Of a stretch of DNA of 64,000 nt, positions 18,022 to 27,242 are shown piece after piece. Source of the DNA: Alphaproteobacteria bacterium (GTDB lineage Bacteria > Pseudomonadota > Alphaproteobacteria > CAAGCB01 > CAG-977); the NCBI GenBank assembly GCA_900768185.1, contig CAAGCB010000004.1, positions 102,815 through 166,814 of the forward strand. The letters run 5' to 3'. The notes beneath the pieces are model-generated. The model did no database searches, had not been told where the DNA came from, and was given only the letters and a program-made list of their open reading frames with translations. Position 1 is the stretch's first letter. Every line of letters starts with the position of its first letter. The position numbers and the translations under genes were made by a program.

Positions 18022-18426
18022 ATGAACTCGCCAGAAATCAAAGAAATTTTTCAAAATTATCCGATCGGTCTGCTACTGCAAGGGCAGCCCGACGTTAAGA
18101 AAATAGAAAAAAGCCTGAACAAAGGACATTGTTTTGCCGCTTTTGACGGTGACGGCATTGTCGGCGTCTATGTCCTGCGGAATATGAAAGACGGTTCGGT
18201 GGAATTATCCGATATCGCCGTTGTCGAAAGTGCGCGCGGCAAAGGTTTGGGCAAAGCGTTGCTGAACGACGCCATAACGCGCGCCCGTGCAGACGGATAC
18301 GACGGACTAAACGCTACGATTAAAATCGACGCCGACGCGCGGATTTTTTTTGAAATAAACGGTTTTTCCGTTGATGCGGACGCGGAAACGCCGGACGGCT
18401 TCACGCGCTTATCCCTGCCCTTGTGA
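18022..18426 (+). CDS. GNAT family N-acetyltransferase
   Basis: Acetyl-CoA binding motif ARGKGLGKALL. Length is 134 aa. Confidence 0.85.
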   Translation: MNSPEIKEIFQNYPIGLLLQGQPDVKKIEKSLNKGHCFAAFDGDGIVGVYVLRNMKDGSVELSDIAVVESARGKGLGKALLNDAITRARADGYDGLNATIKIDADARIFFEINGFSVDADAETPDGFTRLSLPL

Positions 18427-19017
18427 CTATTCGGGATAGCCGACGACCTGCGACACGATCACCTGCTTGCCGTCGGACAGGTTCAGTGCTTTTGTCATTT
18501 CGTCGTTGTCCTTTCCGCCGCGCACGACGTTATTCAATCCGAACGCGGCGCAGAATAATCCGACGTTTTGGTACAGCGATCCCGCGTGCATTCCGGCGAA
18601 TCTTCCGTTTTGCGCGACGTACAGCAGCGTCACGGGCGCCTTTTTCGCAAACGGCTGAGTGTTGATGTTTCGCAAATCCTTATCTGAAACGGGTAGCAAC
18701 GCGTTTTCTTTGGCGTCATACAAAAACACGCCGTCCTTGTTCAAAACGTAGATGTCCATATCCTGTTTGTTCATCGCGGTCGGCGCGGTGCGCTTGCCGT
18801 CCTGACGGTTGACGCCGAACGCCGCCCACAGCATATCCGCCAGAATTTGCGGTTCGACGGATTTGTCGGCGAAAGAGCGCGTTGATTTCCGCGCATTCAA
18901 CGCGTCCATCAGCGGCATGCCGCCCGTTGTCCGCGGCGCGGGAAGCTTGATCGTTTCAGCGGCGAAAACGGATTGCGCCGATAGCATCAAAGACAAAACG
19001 GCTAGGGACGATTTCAT
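18427..19017 (-). CDS. Nitroreductase-family protein with N-terminal signal peptide
   Basis: Signal peptide MKSSLAVLSLMLSAQSVFAAE, followed by a nitroreductase-like core (RKSTRSF...LADMLWAAFGVNR...). Confidence 0.75.
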   Translation of the reverse strand: MKSSLAVLSLMLSAQSVFAAETIKLPAPRTTGGMPLMDALNARKSTRSFADKSVEPQILADMLWAAFGVNRQDGKRTAPTAMNKQDMDIYVLNKDGVFLYDAKENALLPVSDKDLRNINTQPFAKKAPVTLLYVAQNGRFAGMHAGSLYQNVGLFCAAFGLNNVVRGGKDNDEMTKALNLSDGKQVIVSQVVGYPE

Positions 19018-19038
19018 AGCGTTATCCTTTTGAAAAAA

Positions 19039-21627
19039 TTAAAATTCGCGTTCGTTGCGTAAAAAATCGGGAATGTCGGCGGCGGGCATCGGGCGGCTGA
19101 CGTAGTATCCCTGAATGATGTCGCACCCCTGCTTTTTCAGCAATTCCAGTTGTTCTTTGGTTTCGACGCCTTCGGAAACGATTTCCAATCCCAAGGTATG
19201 CCCCAGGTTGATAATGGCTTGAGCGATTTCGGCATCGTCGTAGTTATGCGTCATATCGCGCACAAACGACTGATCGATTTTCAAGCGGTCGACGGCAAAG
19301 CGTTTCAAATAGCTTAGCGACGAATAGCCCGTTCCGAAATCGTCAATCGCCAGCTTGATGCCGACGCGGGACAAGCGCGACAAAATGTTATCCGCTTTGC
19401 GCGCGTCCTGCATAACGACGCTTTCGGTCAATTCCAGTTCCAGACGGTCGGGTGAAACGCCGCTGTCGGACAGGATTTTTTCGATTGTTCCTGCCAGATC
19501 TTCCTGCTGGAACTGAATGGCGGACAGATTGACCGCGATCGAAATTTTCGGCAATCCCATTTCGTCCCATTGTTTCAAATGGCGCAAGGCTTCTTTTAAA
19601 ATCCAGTCGCCCAAAGGAATAATCAGCCCCGTATCTTCGGCGATCGGAATGAAACGCGCGGGCGACACGATGCCGCGCGTCGGGTGTATCCAGCGCACCA
19701 AAGCTTCCGCCGCGTTGATTTTTCCCGTATGAACGTTCAGCTGCGGCTGGAAATAAAGCGCAAATTCGTTTTGTACCAGCGCTTTGCGTAAATCGCGTTC
19801 CAAAGCCAGACGGTCTTCGGTTTCATCGTTCATTTCCTGCGAAAAGAAAAAATAGCTGTTCGGCGCGGAATTGGCGGCGGTACGCAAAGCCATGTCGGCG
19901 TAGTTCACCAGTTTGTCGGGATCGGTGTCGTCGTCCGGAAAAATGGAAATACCGACGTTTGCGCCGACGTTGACTTCCGTTTCGCCCAAAAATATCGGCG
20001 CCAAAATGGTTTCAATCATCGTCCGCGCGTTCATTGCCGCCGTTTCGGTGTTGGGAATGTCCTCAATCACCATCGTAAATTCGTCCCCGCCGATACGGGC
20101 GACAAAGTCGTTCGCCGACACCTGTTTTAACAGACGTTCGGCGACGATCTTTAATAAATCGTCCCCCGCCGCGTGTCCCAGCGTGTCGTTGATGCGGTTG
20201 AAATTTGTTAAATCGGCGAACAGAACGGCGACTTTTTTCTTGCGCGCCGCCGACCGTTTCAAAATCTGGCGCAACTGTTCGTGGAACAAACGACGGTTCG
20301 GCAATCCCGTCAGCTGGTCGTAATTCGCCAGATGCAAAATCTGTCCTTCCGCGTTTTTGCGCTTTGTCACGTCGTCGCGCACGATCACACAATACGTCAG
20401 ATGCCCGTCGGCGTCCAAAATCGGCGAAATACGCTCGTCCACGGTGTACAGAGAACCGGATTTGTGCCGTTCGATGATTTCGCCGTGCCAGCATTTTCCC
20501 GTATGCAGGACGTTCCACATTTCCGTGTAAAACGCTTCGTTTTGCTGTTCGGTGCGCCGATGCACCAGTTTGTGTTCCAAAATTTCTTCGCGTCTGTAAC
20601 CGCTTTGCGCGCAAAAGGCGTTGTTCACCCACAGCGCGATGCCCCGTTCGTCCGTAATGACAAAGGCGTTCGGCGACATTTCCAACGCGGCGCGCTGCAA
20701 CCGCATGCTTTGTTGATCGGCGGCGAACTGCATCGCCATGGCGGCGCGCAGGGAAAAAGTTTCCAGCCGCTGAATGGTTGCGTTGTCCAGCCGCCCCAGT
20801 CCCGAATGGATTTCCAAAACGCCGTCGACGCCATCATGCGTCACCAGCGGGAAAGTGACAATCTGACGGGTGTGTTCGCGCCCGTCGGCATCAACGGTTT
20901 TGTCATCAGTCAATTCGATGACGCAGGTTCTTTTGGTTCGGATCGCCTGCCCCGTCGGACCGAATTTTTCCGTCAAGTCGTCCCAGCGAATGGGATTGGA
21001 CGGGAAACCGGCGGACGCTTTACCCGCGACGGCGCGCACGTCGACCGTGCCGTCTTTTTCCTTTTTACCGATCCAGACCAGCGGGCAGCCTATCAATTCA
21101 ACGATTTTTTCGCACAAAAAAGCGCAAAACCGTTCCGGCGGCTGTCCGCGCAGAACGCGGCGCAAAGTCGCATGCAGAACGGAATCCATGCTTTCCGACA
21201 TTTGGCGTTTGGAAATATCGCGCAACAGACAAACGTAACCGTCGTTACACGGGGTTAGGACGATTTCGACCGGAAATTCCGTGTCGTCCTTTCGCAAACC
21301 GACGATTTCCGCCGTATTTCCGATCGCGTTTTCCCCGCGCAAAGCCGTCAGTGCGCCGAAAGCCGCGGCGGGACGTTCCCCGTCGGGCAGAACCGTTTGA
21401 ACGCGCTTGCCGATCAATTCGTCGTTATTGTAGCCGAACAGACGATGAACCGAAGAATTCGCCGCGACAATCTTTCCGTCGGAATCGATTTTTAAAACGG
21501 CACTCAGGTTGTTTTTTAACAGCGCGGCCACAGTAGTGTTCCTTATCAGACTGCATGTAGAAGTCGTTGCGCCTTTTATAGCGTGACGCGGGATAAAAAT
21601 CAAAGAAAAATCGGAATCCGCCCTCAA
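19039..21627 (-). CDS. PAS-GAF-PAS-GGDEF-EAL signalling protein (c-di-GMP synthase/phosphodiesterase)
   Basis: Intact GGDEF motif (RIGGDEFTMV) and EAL motif (AEALVRW), plus the downstream EAL motifs DDFGTGYSSL and EGVET. PAS-like and GAF-like regions lie upstream. The true start may be an internal GTG near 21530. Confidence 0.88.
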   Translation of the reverse strand: MRADSDFSLIFIPRHAIKGATTSTCSLIRNTTVAALLKNNLSAVLKIDSDGKIVAANSSVHRLFGYNNDELIGKRVQTVLPDGERPAAAFGALTALRGENAIGNTAEIVGLRKDDTEFPVEIVLTPCNDGYVCLLRDISKRQMSESMDSVLHATLRRVLRGQPPERFCAFLCEKIVELIGCPLVWIGKKEKDGTVDVRAVAGKASAGFPSNPIRWDDLTEKFGPTGQAIRTKRTCVIELTDDKTVDADGREHTRQIVTFPLVTHDGVDGVLEIHSGLGRLDNATIQRLETFSLRAAMAMQFAADQQSMRLQRAALEMSPNAFVITDERGIALWVNNAFCAQSGYRREEILEHKLVHRRTEQQNEAFYTEMWNVLHTGKCWHGEIIERHKSGSLYTVDERISPILDADGHLTYCVIVRDDVTKRKNAEGQILHLANYDQLTGLPNRRLFHEQLRQILKRSAARKKKVAVLFADLTNFNRINDTLGHAAGDDLLKIVAERLLKQVSANDFVARIGGDEFTMVIEDIPNTETAAMNARTMIETILAPIFLGETEVNVGANVGISIFPDDDTDPDKLVNYADMALRTAANSAPNSYFFFSQEMNDETEDRLALERDLRKALVQNEFALYFQPQLNVHTGKINAAEALVRWIHPTRGIVSPARFIPIAEDTGLIIPLGDWILKEALRHLKQWDEMGLPKISIAVNLSAIQFQQEDLAGTIEKILSDSGVSPDRLELELTESVVMQDARKADNILSRLSRVGIKLAIDDFGTGYSSLSYLKRFAVDRLKIDQSFVRDMTHNYDDAEIAQAIINLGHTLGLEIVSEGVETKEQLELLKKQGCDIIQGYYVSRPMPAADIPDFLRNEREF

Positions 21628-21722
21628 ATTTTGCCTTGTAAAGGTTTTATCCGTTGATTTTTGTCAAACGGCGGGTTAAAAAAATAGCAAAAGGTTCACA
21701 TAACTTTCTAAGGATTTGCGGC

Positions 21723-22511
21723 ATGTCTGCTTTGGTTGGGATTATTTTGGGCTGGGGGATTGTTTTTACCTCCATTCGCTTGGCGACCCCCGATATGTTG
21801 TCGTTTTGGGACTTGAACAGTTTTTTGCTGGTCATCATCGGTCCGTATTTTTCGATGCTGATGGCGTATTCGGGCAAGGACGTCAACTCCGCCAACAAAA
21901 AATGGCTGGGCGCGTTTAAAAAGGACGTTCCGATCCCGTATAAAGACGAAGTCGGGCGGTTCGTGCGCTGGGCGTACATCACGCAAAAAAACGGATTGCA
22001 GGGACTGGAAAACGACGCCATGTCGACCGTCGGCGAAAACGATCCTTTTTTAAAGTACGGCGTCGAACTGGTGATTTCGGGCTATACGGGAACGGAAATT
22101 CGCGAAATTTTAAAGGAATCCGCCTTCAGCACTTATCAGCGCGACGGCAAGCCGTCTGAAATTTTAACAAACATCGGGGGTTACGCTCCCGCATTCGGTA
22201 TGGCGGGAACCCTGATCGGACTGGTCGTCATGCTGGGCAATATGGGCGCCGATCCCGCCGCAATCGGATCCGGCATGGCGGTGGCGTTGATTACGACGTT
22301 CTACGGCGTTATGTCAGCCCGTCTGATTTATCTGCCCATCGGCGTGAAACTGGGGGCGAAAAACGACGAAACGCTGTTTCGCAACCTGCTGGTGACGGAA
22401 AGTCTTGTCCTGCTGGCGGAACGCAAAAGCCCCCGTTACATTCAGGACAAGCTGAACGCGTTTTTGGATCCGTCCCAACATTTCCTGATCGACCGCGACA
22501 TGCAACGCTGA
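21723..22511 (+). CDS. motA: Flagellar-type stator protein MotA/PomA family
   Basis: Four-TM MotA/TolQ/ExbB-type channel (GYAPAFGMAGTLIGLV, ALITTFYGV). I prefer the ATG at 21723. Confidence 0.8.
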   Translation: MSALVGIILGWGIVFTSIRLATPDMLSFWDLNSFLLVIIGPYFSMLMAYSGKDVNSANKKWLGAFKKDVPIPYKDEVGRFVRWAYITQKNGLQGLENDAMSTVGENDPFLKYGVELVISGYTGTEIREILKESAFSTYQRDGKPSEILTNIGGYAPAFGMAGTLIGLVVMLGNMGADPAAIGSGMAVALITTFYGVMSARLIYLPIGVKLGAKNDETLFRNLLVTESLVLLAERKSPRYIQDKLNAFLDPSQHFLIDRDMQR

Positions 22512-22524
22512 AAGGATTTTCGCA

Positions 22525-23187
22525 ATGCCGATGCCTTCCAAGAAAAAAGAGATCAATACCGACGACTGGCAGGGGACTTACGGCGACTGCGTAACGCTGT
22601 TGCTGTGCTTTTTCGTCATGTTGCTGGCGGCGTCGAAAATGGATACGGTCATGTTCGAACAAATCAGAACGGGCATGGCGCGCGAATTTACGGACAAACA
22701 GCCGGACAGTCCCGTTATGTTGCTGCGTTCTGATTTGGACGACGATTTGCGCGCGCTTAACATGGATTCGACGGCGACGCTGGGCAGCGATCACGTCGGT
22801 TTGATTTTGGATTTGGAAACGGACGCTTTTTTCGACAGCGGTTCGGCGGAGTTGAAGCCCGCCGCCATTCCCGTCCTGCGCCGTTTGGCGTCGACGCTGA
22901 ATTCCCCGCGCTATCGTATTTTCAGATTCGAAGTACAGGGACATACGGACGACGAACCGATTGCGACATCGCATTTTCCGTCAAACTGGGAACTGTCGTC
23001 CGCGCGCGCGTCCGCCGTTACACGCTTTTTAATTCAAAGCGGCATTGATCCGACACGTTTGCGCGCCGTCGGTTTGGCAGACGTTCAACCGCGCTATCCG
23101 AACAGAGACGCTTACGGCGAGCCGATTCAGCACAATCGGCGGCGCAATCGGCGCGTTCGTCTGCGCATGGATCCCGTATATAAATAA
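22525..23187 (+). CDS. motB: MotB-type stator protein (OmpA-like peptidoglycan-binding domain)
   Basis: Single TM helix with a conserved Asp (TYGDCVTLLLCFFVML). The OmpA-like domain has GHTDDEPI...NWELSSARA. Confidence 0.85.
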   Translation: MPMPSKKKEINTDDWQGTYGDCVTLLLCFFVMLLAASKMDTVMFEQIRTGMAREFTDKQPDSPVMLLRSDLDDDLRALNMDSTATLGSDHVGLILDLETDAFFDSGSAELKPAAIPVLRRLASTLNSPRYRIFRFEVQGHTDDEPIATSHFPSNWELSSARASAVTRFLIQSGIDPTRLRAVGLADVQPRYPNRDAYGEPIQHNRRRNRRVRLRMDPVYK

Positions 23188-23203
23188 ACGCTTTCACGGA
23201 ATT

Positions 23204-23236
23204 AAAACGCCGCGGCTTTTTCCGCGGCGTTGTTTT
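23204..23236. terminator. Bidirectional terminator between motB and the hydrolase gene
   Basis: Stem ACGCCGCGG (23207-15) / CCGCGGCGT (23222-30), with an A-run on the left and a T-run on the right. Confidence 0.75.
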
Positions 23237-23978
23237 AAACCAGAAAATTCAATTCGTTTTCCAGAACAGCCAGTTCATGCGGTTCGGACAAACGATGTCC
23301 GCTGTTTTTCAGAACGACGATTTTAATGTTTTCGCTTTTTGCGGCATCGCATATTTTAAAAGCCGTTTCAACAGGAACGCAGTCGTCTTTGGCACCATGA
23401 ATCAACGTCATCGGACAAGTAATGTCCAAACTGTCCGTGCCGTTTAAAACCAGATGTTTTTTACCGTCTTCAAACAGGTCGCGCGTCCAAGGATCCCCTT
23501 CTTCCGTCCAGCCGTTCGGAGTATGGATAATCCCGTTTTCCAAGATGTCGCGACGCTGTCGATCGGTAAAAGATTCCCAAACAGCGACGGTGAAATCAGC
23601 CGCCGCAGCCAATCCGACGACGGCTTTGACGCGTTCCGGACGCGCGCGCGCCGCCAGCAGGGAAATCCAACCGCCCATCGAACTGCCGACCAAAATCAGC
23701 GGCGATTGCGTCACGCCGTCAATGATGTCCAGCGCGTTATCCCGCCAAAGCCCGATTGTGCCGTCGGTATATTTTCCGGACGATTGACCGTGTCCGATGA
23801 AATCAAACGCCGTGAACGAAAAATCGTTTTTTTCGCAGTATTCTTGCAAAAACAGCGATTTTGATGCGTTTTTGTCGGACAGCGTGCCGTGCATAAAAAC
23901 GATTTCAACGGTCTTTTTCCCCGACACGCGGCGATAGGACAACTTTCGTCCGTCCCTTAACGTCAAAAAGGAATCCAT
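23235..23978 (-). CDS. Alpha/beta hydrolase
   Basis: Nucleophile elbow GSSMGG, plus an HG oxyanion motif (FMHGTLS) and a C-terminal His (NSGHRL). Confidence 0.85.
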   Translation of the reverse strand: MDSFLTLRDGRKLSYRRVSGKKTVEIVFMHGTLSDKNASKSLFLQEYCEKNDFSFTAFDFIGHGQSSGKYTDGTIGLWRDNALDIIDGVTQSPLILVGSSMGGWISLLAARARPERVKAVVGLAAAADFTVAVWESFTDRQRRDILENGIIHTPNGWTEEGDPWTRDLFEDGKKHLVLNGTDSLDITCPMTLIHGAKDDCVPVETAFKICDAAKSENIKIVVLKNSGHRLSEPHELAVLENELNFLV

Positions 23979-23990
23979 GCTTCACCTCCT

Positions 23991-25583
23991 CTATAAATCG
24001 GAAAACAGATCGTCAACGGCGGCACCTTTTTTATCGTCCTTTTTTTCGGATCGTTCCTCTGATTTTTTATCGTCAGCATCGTCTTGCGGTTTTTCCATCG
24101 CGCCGTCGTCATCGTCTGAAAACGCATTGAAAATATTGCCGAACAGTTTTTTCTTTTTTTCCTTTTTGGGTGTTTCTTTGCGCGCGATCCACGCGTCAGC
24201 AAGCTGTTTTCCCGAATCCCGAATGGATTTTTCCAGATTTTCGTCCAGCATTTGAACGTTGCCGTTTGCGGCGGACAGGGAATCTTCGTCCGTGTATTTT
24301 TGCGCCAGCAAGATATACTTGTAACATTCCGCCAAATCGGGCGTCACGCCGTTGCCTTCGCAATACATGGGTCCCATTTTGGAAAAGGCGATAAAATCGT
24401 TGCGTTCGTTTGCCAACTGCTGATAAATATCCAGCGCCGCCAACGGATTGGGGGATTCCAGTCCCTGCCCCAGAACATACACATCAGCCAAAGCGAGCAA
24501 CGCCGCGCGATCGCCCGTGTCCGCTTTGGTTTTTAACGCGTCGATGACGGGCTGAAAATTATTTTCGCGCACCGCTTTATTCAAAAGACGGCGGGAAACG
24601 CCTCCCGCGACAATCAAGTCTTCGGTCGGGGTCTGAATGGTCAGTTTGATTTCTTTTTGCGGCTCTTTACCGTTTTTGCCTTTGGGCGATTTTCCGCCGG
24701 TTCCCTCGTCCAGCAGGGAATCCGCCATGACCAGACGCGGCAGAGATTCCTCACGCGTTTTCTTTTTCCATTTTTGCGCGCGCCCCTGAGCCAAAGAAAC
24801 TTCTTCGCTGCGCATTCTTTTCGCCAAAGTGTCGCGTTTTTGGGCGGCTTCCTCTTTGGCGGGCGACGTCCCGTATGCGGCGACCAAGTTATAATAGGTA
24901 TGCGCGCCGACAACGTTGAAAGGCAATCCGCGGATTGTCGCGTTGCCGTACAAATCGGCAAGTTCCAGTTGGGCTTTGGAATTGCCCTGATCCGCGGCGA
25001 GCTTGTACCAGAAAACGGCTTGGGAAAAATCCTGCGGCGTGCCGACGCCTTTCAGATACATGCGTCCCAAAGCCATTTGCGCGGGGGCATAGCCCTGATC
25101 GGCGGATTTTTTGTAAAAGGAAAACGATTTGACAACGTCTTTTTTGACGCCCAGCCCCTCTTCATACATCAGGGCGATATTGTATTGCGCGGGAAAGCTG
25201 TTGTTTCCCGCCGCCTTGGAATACCAGGAGAATGCCTCCTTGTAGTTTTTTTCCTCGCCCTGCCCCGTATAATAGGCGTTGCCGATTTTCAGCTGGGCTT
25301 TTTCGCTGCCGTCAGCCGCAGCTTTGCGATAGATTTCCATCGCCTTGAATTGATCGGGGTCGACACCCTGTCCCTGTTCGTACATGCGCCCCAAATAATA
25401 GCGCGCGTCGGCGTCGCCCTCTTTTTCAGCCAAGCGGGTAAATTCCTCGGCGGCAAAGGTGTAGTCGCGTTCGTTCAACGCGTCCAACGCTTCGCGCAAC
25501 GTGGCGGACGCCGGCGAAATCAACGTCGGGAAAATCGTTCCGAACAAAAGTCCGTATTTTATCAAATCGCGCGCAGTCGTCAT
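23991..25583 (-). CDS. Sel1-repeat (SLR/TPR-like) protein, probably exported
   Basis: Hydrophobic N-terminus. It has many repeats of the type A..WY.KAA.QG...AQ..LG.MY..G.GV. The C-terminal tail is about 70 aa of mixed charge. Confidence 0.85.
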   Translation of the reverse strand: MTTARDLIKYGLLFGTIFPTLISPASATLREALDALNERDYTFAAEEFTRLAEKEGDADARYYLGRMYEQGQGVDPDQFKAMEIYRKAAADGSEKAQLKIGNAYYTGQGEEKNYKEAFSWYSKAAGNNSFPAQYNIALMYEEGLGVKKDVVKSFSFYKKSADQGYAPAQMALGRMYLKGVGTPQDFSQAVFWYKLAADQGNSKAQLELADLYGNATIRGLPFNVVGAHTYYNLVAAYGTSPAKEEAAQKRDTLAKRMRSEEVSLAQGRAQKWKKKTREESLPRLVMADSLLDEGTGGKSPKGKNGKEPQKEIKLTIQTPTEDLIVAGGVSRRLLNKAVRENNFQPVIDALKTKADTGDRAALLALADVYVLGQGLESPNPLAALDIYQQLANERNDFIAFSKMGPMYCEGNGVTPDLAECYKYILLAQKYTDEDSLSAANGNVQMLDENLEKSIRDSGKQLADAWIARKETPKKEKKKKLFGNIFNAFSDDDDGAMEKPQDDADDKKSEERSEKKDDKKGAAVDDLFSDL

Positions 25584-25585
25584 GG

Positions 25586-26293
25586 TTACGATTCCTTTTC
25601 TGTCATATCGCCGCCGCGCACATTGCGAACCAACTGTTCCAGCCGGCGCACGTCGTGAACGACCAACGCGCCGTTTTCCCGCGTGACGATGCCTTGTTTT
25701 GCCAAATCGCTCATGGTGCGGGCGACCGTTTCCCGCACCGTGCTGATGCGCGCCGCGATATCGCTGTGAACGGGAATGGGGGAAATGTAGATCTTGCCGT
25801 CCTTTTCCACACCCTGTTTATGCGCCAGCCGCAAAATTTCGGCGTGAATGCGGTTGTTTGCCCCAAACGTTGACAATTCAATGATTCTTTCATTCGCGAA
25901 ACGAATAATCGTCGCCATTCTTTGCATGGTGCGCAGGGAAACCTTGAATTCCTTGCGCAGACCGTCCATAAACTTTTCCGCCGGCAAAAAAGCGATTTCC
26001 GTCGGTTCCAAAGCGATAACGCTGGCGGAACGCGGCGCTTTGTCCAAAGCTGACATTTCGCCGAAAAAATTGCCCGCCTCGACATCGTCCAAACGCACTT
26101 CGCGTCCCGACAGCATGTAAATTAGAACGCAGACGCTACCCTTGACAACGAACAAAATATCGGTGTTGACATCTTCGCGGTTAATGATCTCCTGTCCCGT
26201 TTTATATGTTTTCCAACGCAGGCACGGGTCGGTTTCCTTTTTAAATTCTTCCGAAGTTCCCTCAAACAACGGAATCGCATCAATTTTCAACAT
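25586..26293 (-). CDS. Crp/Fnr family transcriptional regulator
   Basis: cNMP-binding fold (FFGEMSAL) and a C-terminal HTH (RETVARTMSDLAKQGIV). I see no N-terminal Fnr-type Cys cluster. Confidence 0.88.
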   Translation of the reverse strand: MLKIDAIPLFEGTSEEFKKETDPCLRWKTYKTGQEIINREDVNTDILFVVKGSVCVLIYMLSGREVRLDDVEAGNFFGEMSALDKAPRSASVIALEPTEIAFLPAEKFMDGLRKEFKVSLRTMQRMATIIRFANERIIELSTFGANNRIHAEILRLAHKQGVEKDGKIYISPIPVHSDIAARISTVRETVARTMSDLAKQGIVTRENGALVVHDVRRLEQLVRNVRGGDMTEKES

Positions 26294-26336
26294 TCCCTCC
26301 TTATTTGAAATTTCAACATTCCCTCCTTATTTGAAA
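26285..26336 (-). repeat. Perfect 2 x 26-bp tandem duplication spanning the crp RBS/start and the purU stop
   Basis: Positions 26285-26310 equal 26311-26336 (plus strand TTTCAACATTCCCTCCTTATTTGAAA). On the minus strand each unit is TTTCAAATAAGGAGGGAATGTTGAAA. Confidence 0.95.
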
Positions 26337-27196
26337 ATCACGGTGCGGCGACCGTTCAGCAAAACACGGCGTTCCGTGTGATAACGCACGGCGCGCGCCA
26401 AAACGATGTTTTCCAAATCTTTGCCGATTGCCACCAGCTGTTCGGGCGTGTTCGTGTGATCGACACGTTCGACCGCCTGTTCGATAATCGGTCCTTCGTC
26501 CAAATCGGCCGTGACATAGTGCGCTGTCGCCCCGATCAGCTTTACGCCGCGTTCATACGCCTGATGATACGGTTTCGCGCCTTTAAAGCTGGGCAGAAAC
26601 GAATGGTGGATATTGATGCAGTGTCCCGTCAGCGCGCGGCACATGTCGTCGGACAGAATCTGCATATAACGGGCAAGAACGACCAAATCAATGTGCAGTT
26701 CGTCCTTTAACGCCAGAATTTTGTTTTCCTGCGCGCGTTTTTCTTCAAATGTCGATCCTTTGGGCAGCGGCAAATAGAAATAAGGGATTTTGTGCCATTC
26801 GACAAAATCGCGCATATCCTCGTGATTGGAAACGACGCCCGCGACATCGATGTTCAGCAGACCCGCGCGGTAGCGGTACAACAGATCGTTCAGACAATGA
26901 CTTTCTTTGGACACCGCCAGCAACAGCCGCGCGGGACGGTCGCCGTTATGCAGTTTCCAGTTCATTTCAAATTCACGGGCGACCGGAGCGAAAAGCCCTT
27001 TGAACCGTTCGCGGGTATTTTCACCGGATTGCGTGGTAAAGACGATACGCATAAAAAAAAGTTTGCTCAGCGCGTCGCCGAACTGCGCCGCCTCGATTAC
27101 GAACCCGCCCTGTTCGGCGATAAAACCGAAAACGCGCGCCGCGATTCCCGTCTTATCGGGACAGGTGATTGTTAAAATATGCGTTTCTTTACCCAT
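26327..27196 (-). CDS. purU: Formyltetrahydrofolate deformylase
   Basis: N-terminal ACT domain and a formyltransferase core (INIHHSFLPSFKGAKPYHQA). Length is 289 aa. Confidence 0.92.
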   Translation of the reverse strand: MGKETHILTITCPDKTGIAARVFGFIAEQGGFVIEAAQFGDALSKLFFMRIVFTTQSGENTRERFKGLFAPVAREFEMNWKLHNGDRPARLLLAVSKESHCLNDLLYRYRAGLLNIDVAGVVSNHEDMRDFVEWHKIPYFYLPLPKGSTFEEKRAQENKILALKDELHIDLVVLARYMQILSDDMCRALTGHCINIHHSFLPSFKGAKPYHQAYERGVKLIGATAHYVTADLDEGPIIEQAVERVDHTNTPEQLVAIGKDLENIVLARAVRYHTERRVLLNGRRTVIFK

Positions 27197-27242
27197 TTAA
27201 ACTTAATCCGTCTCTTTAAATTCGGTCAACAACATATTGCCG

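Noticed and set aside
21723-23187. motAB as the ZorA/ZorB core of a Zorya-type defence system.
   Set aside because: The MotA homologue is of ordinary stator length with no long C-terminal tail. There are no ZorC/D-like genes adjacent.
26285-26336. The tandem 26-bp repeat as a minimal CRISPR array or a phase-variable repeat tract.
   Set aside because: There are only two directly abutting copies with no spacers and no cas genes. The unit is not a short homopolymer or oligonucleotide tract. It is better described as a local duplication of a translation initiation region.
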